Program-made: the position numbers and the translations under genes
Shown here: positions 63,481-64,000 of the stretch, piece by piece
Numbering within the stretch: position 1 is the first letter of the stretch
How the letters are laid out: each line of letters begins with the position of its first letter
The notes under the pieces: model-generated
The model's input: the letters and a program-made list of their open reading frames with translations, nothing else
Told to the model about the DNA's origin: nothing
Database searches by the model: none
NCBI RefSeq assembly: GCF_001194135.2
Contig: NC_069004.1
Location: 27,644,790-27,708,789, forward strand
DNA: 64,000 nt
Reading direction: 5' to 3'
From: Octopus bimaculoides
Lineage: Eukaryota

Positions 63481-64000
63481 TTTTTGTTAAGGTCATATTC
63501 AAGATAAGTAATGTAAAATGACTACAGCCATAAATGCAAACTATGTTGTAAATTTGGTATGCCAAGAGCTTATCTCCACATTACAGTGTTAGAATGCTTC
63601 TATAAATAATGATTTTATTCTTTAAGCCATGTGATCTTCAAATTCAAAATTCCTATCAGATTTCTGAATCTAATTTAATTACCTTGCAGAAATATAGCGA
63701 ATGTTGTGTCTGAATATGTTAACAACCTCTCCTCTGATTTCTAAATCAGTAAAGAGTTCCATGGAATTTCACTTGTGATTCTTTTACATATAGAATGGCA
63801 GAATTTATATTAAAATTGACATCTAATTTTTAGTTTTGTTGACGAGTTTGTTTTTCTCTTTCTGTTTGATAATTTCTTGAGAGTTACATTTTTTTTTTTT
63901 ATCTCTCTTACATTTTTTTTTCCATGTGTGTGTGTGTTTTGTTTTGTTTTGTCTTAGTATCAGCTTCTCTTGTTATCATTATAGCCTCATATTAATTACA

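Overview
AT-rich, microsatellite-laden eukaryotic genomic DNA from a gappy short-read assembly. The SINE complement and composition point to an octopus (inference; no database search possible). There are no prokaryotic features, CRISPR arrays, rRNA or true tRNA genes, and no host protein-coding gene can be confidently identified; most ORFs in the track are N-gap or microsatellite artefacts. The window is dominated by mobile DNA: at least three tRNA-headed SINE families (here A, B, C) plus other interspersed repeats; a decayed near-full-length R4/Dong-clade (RLE) LINE at 30.4-33.8 kb and a second RLE 3' fragment; RTE-type and CR1/Jockey-type LINE fragments; Tc1, mariner and DD37D (maT) transposase relics; and two TTAA-flanked piggyBac-like MITEs. 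The most interesting structures are (1) a ~335-bp tandem dimer at 4.7-5.3 kb in which each unit carries a decayed minimal type I hammerhead ribozyme (retrozyme/Penelope-like), (2) a ~494-bp almost spacer-less palindrome at 36.2-36.7 kb, (3) head-to-tail SINE-B arrays linked by (ATT)n that are in turn hit by Dong-like LINEs, and (4) an RTE-type insertion with a twin-priming-like 5' inversion and TSD. Boundaries of old repeats are approximate (by eye).
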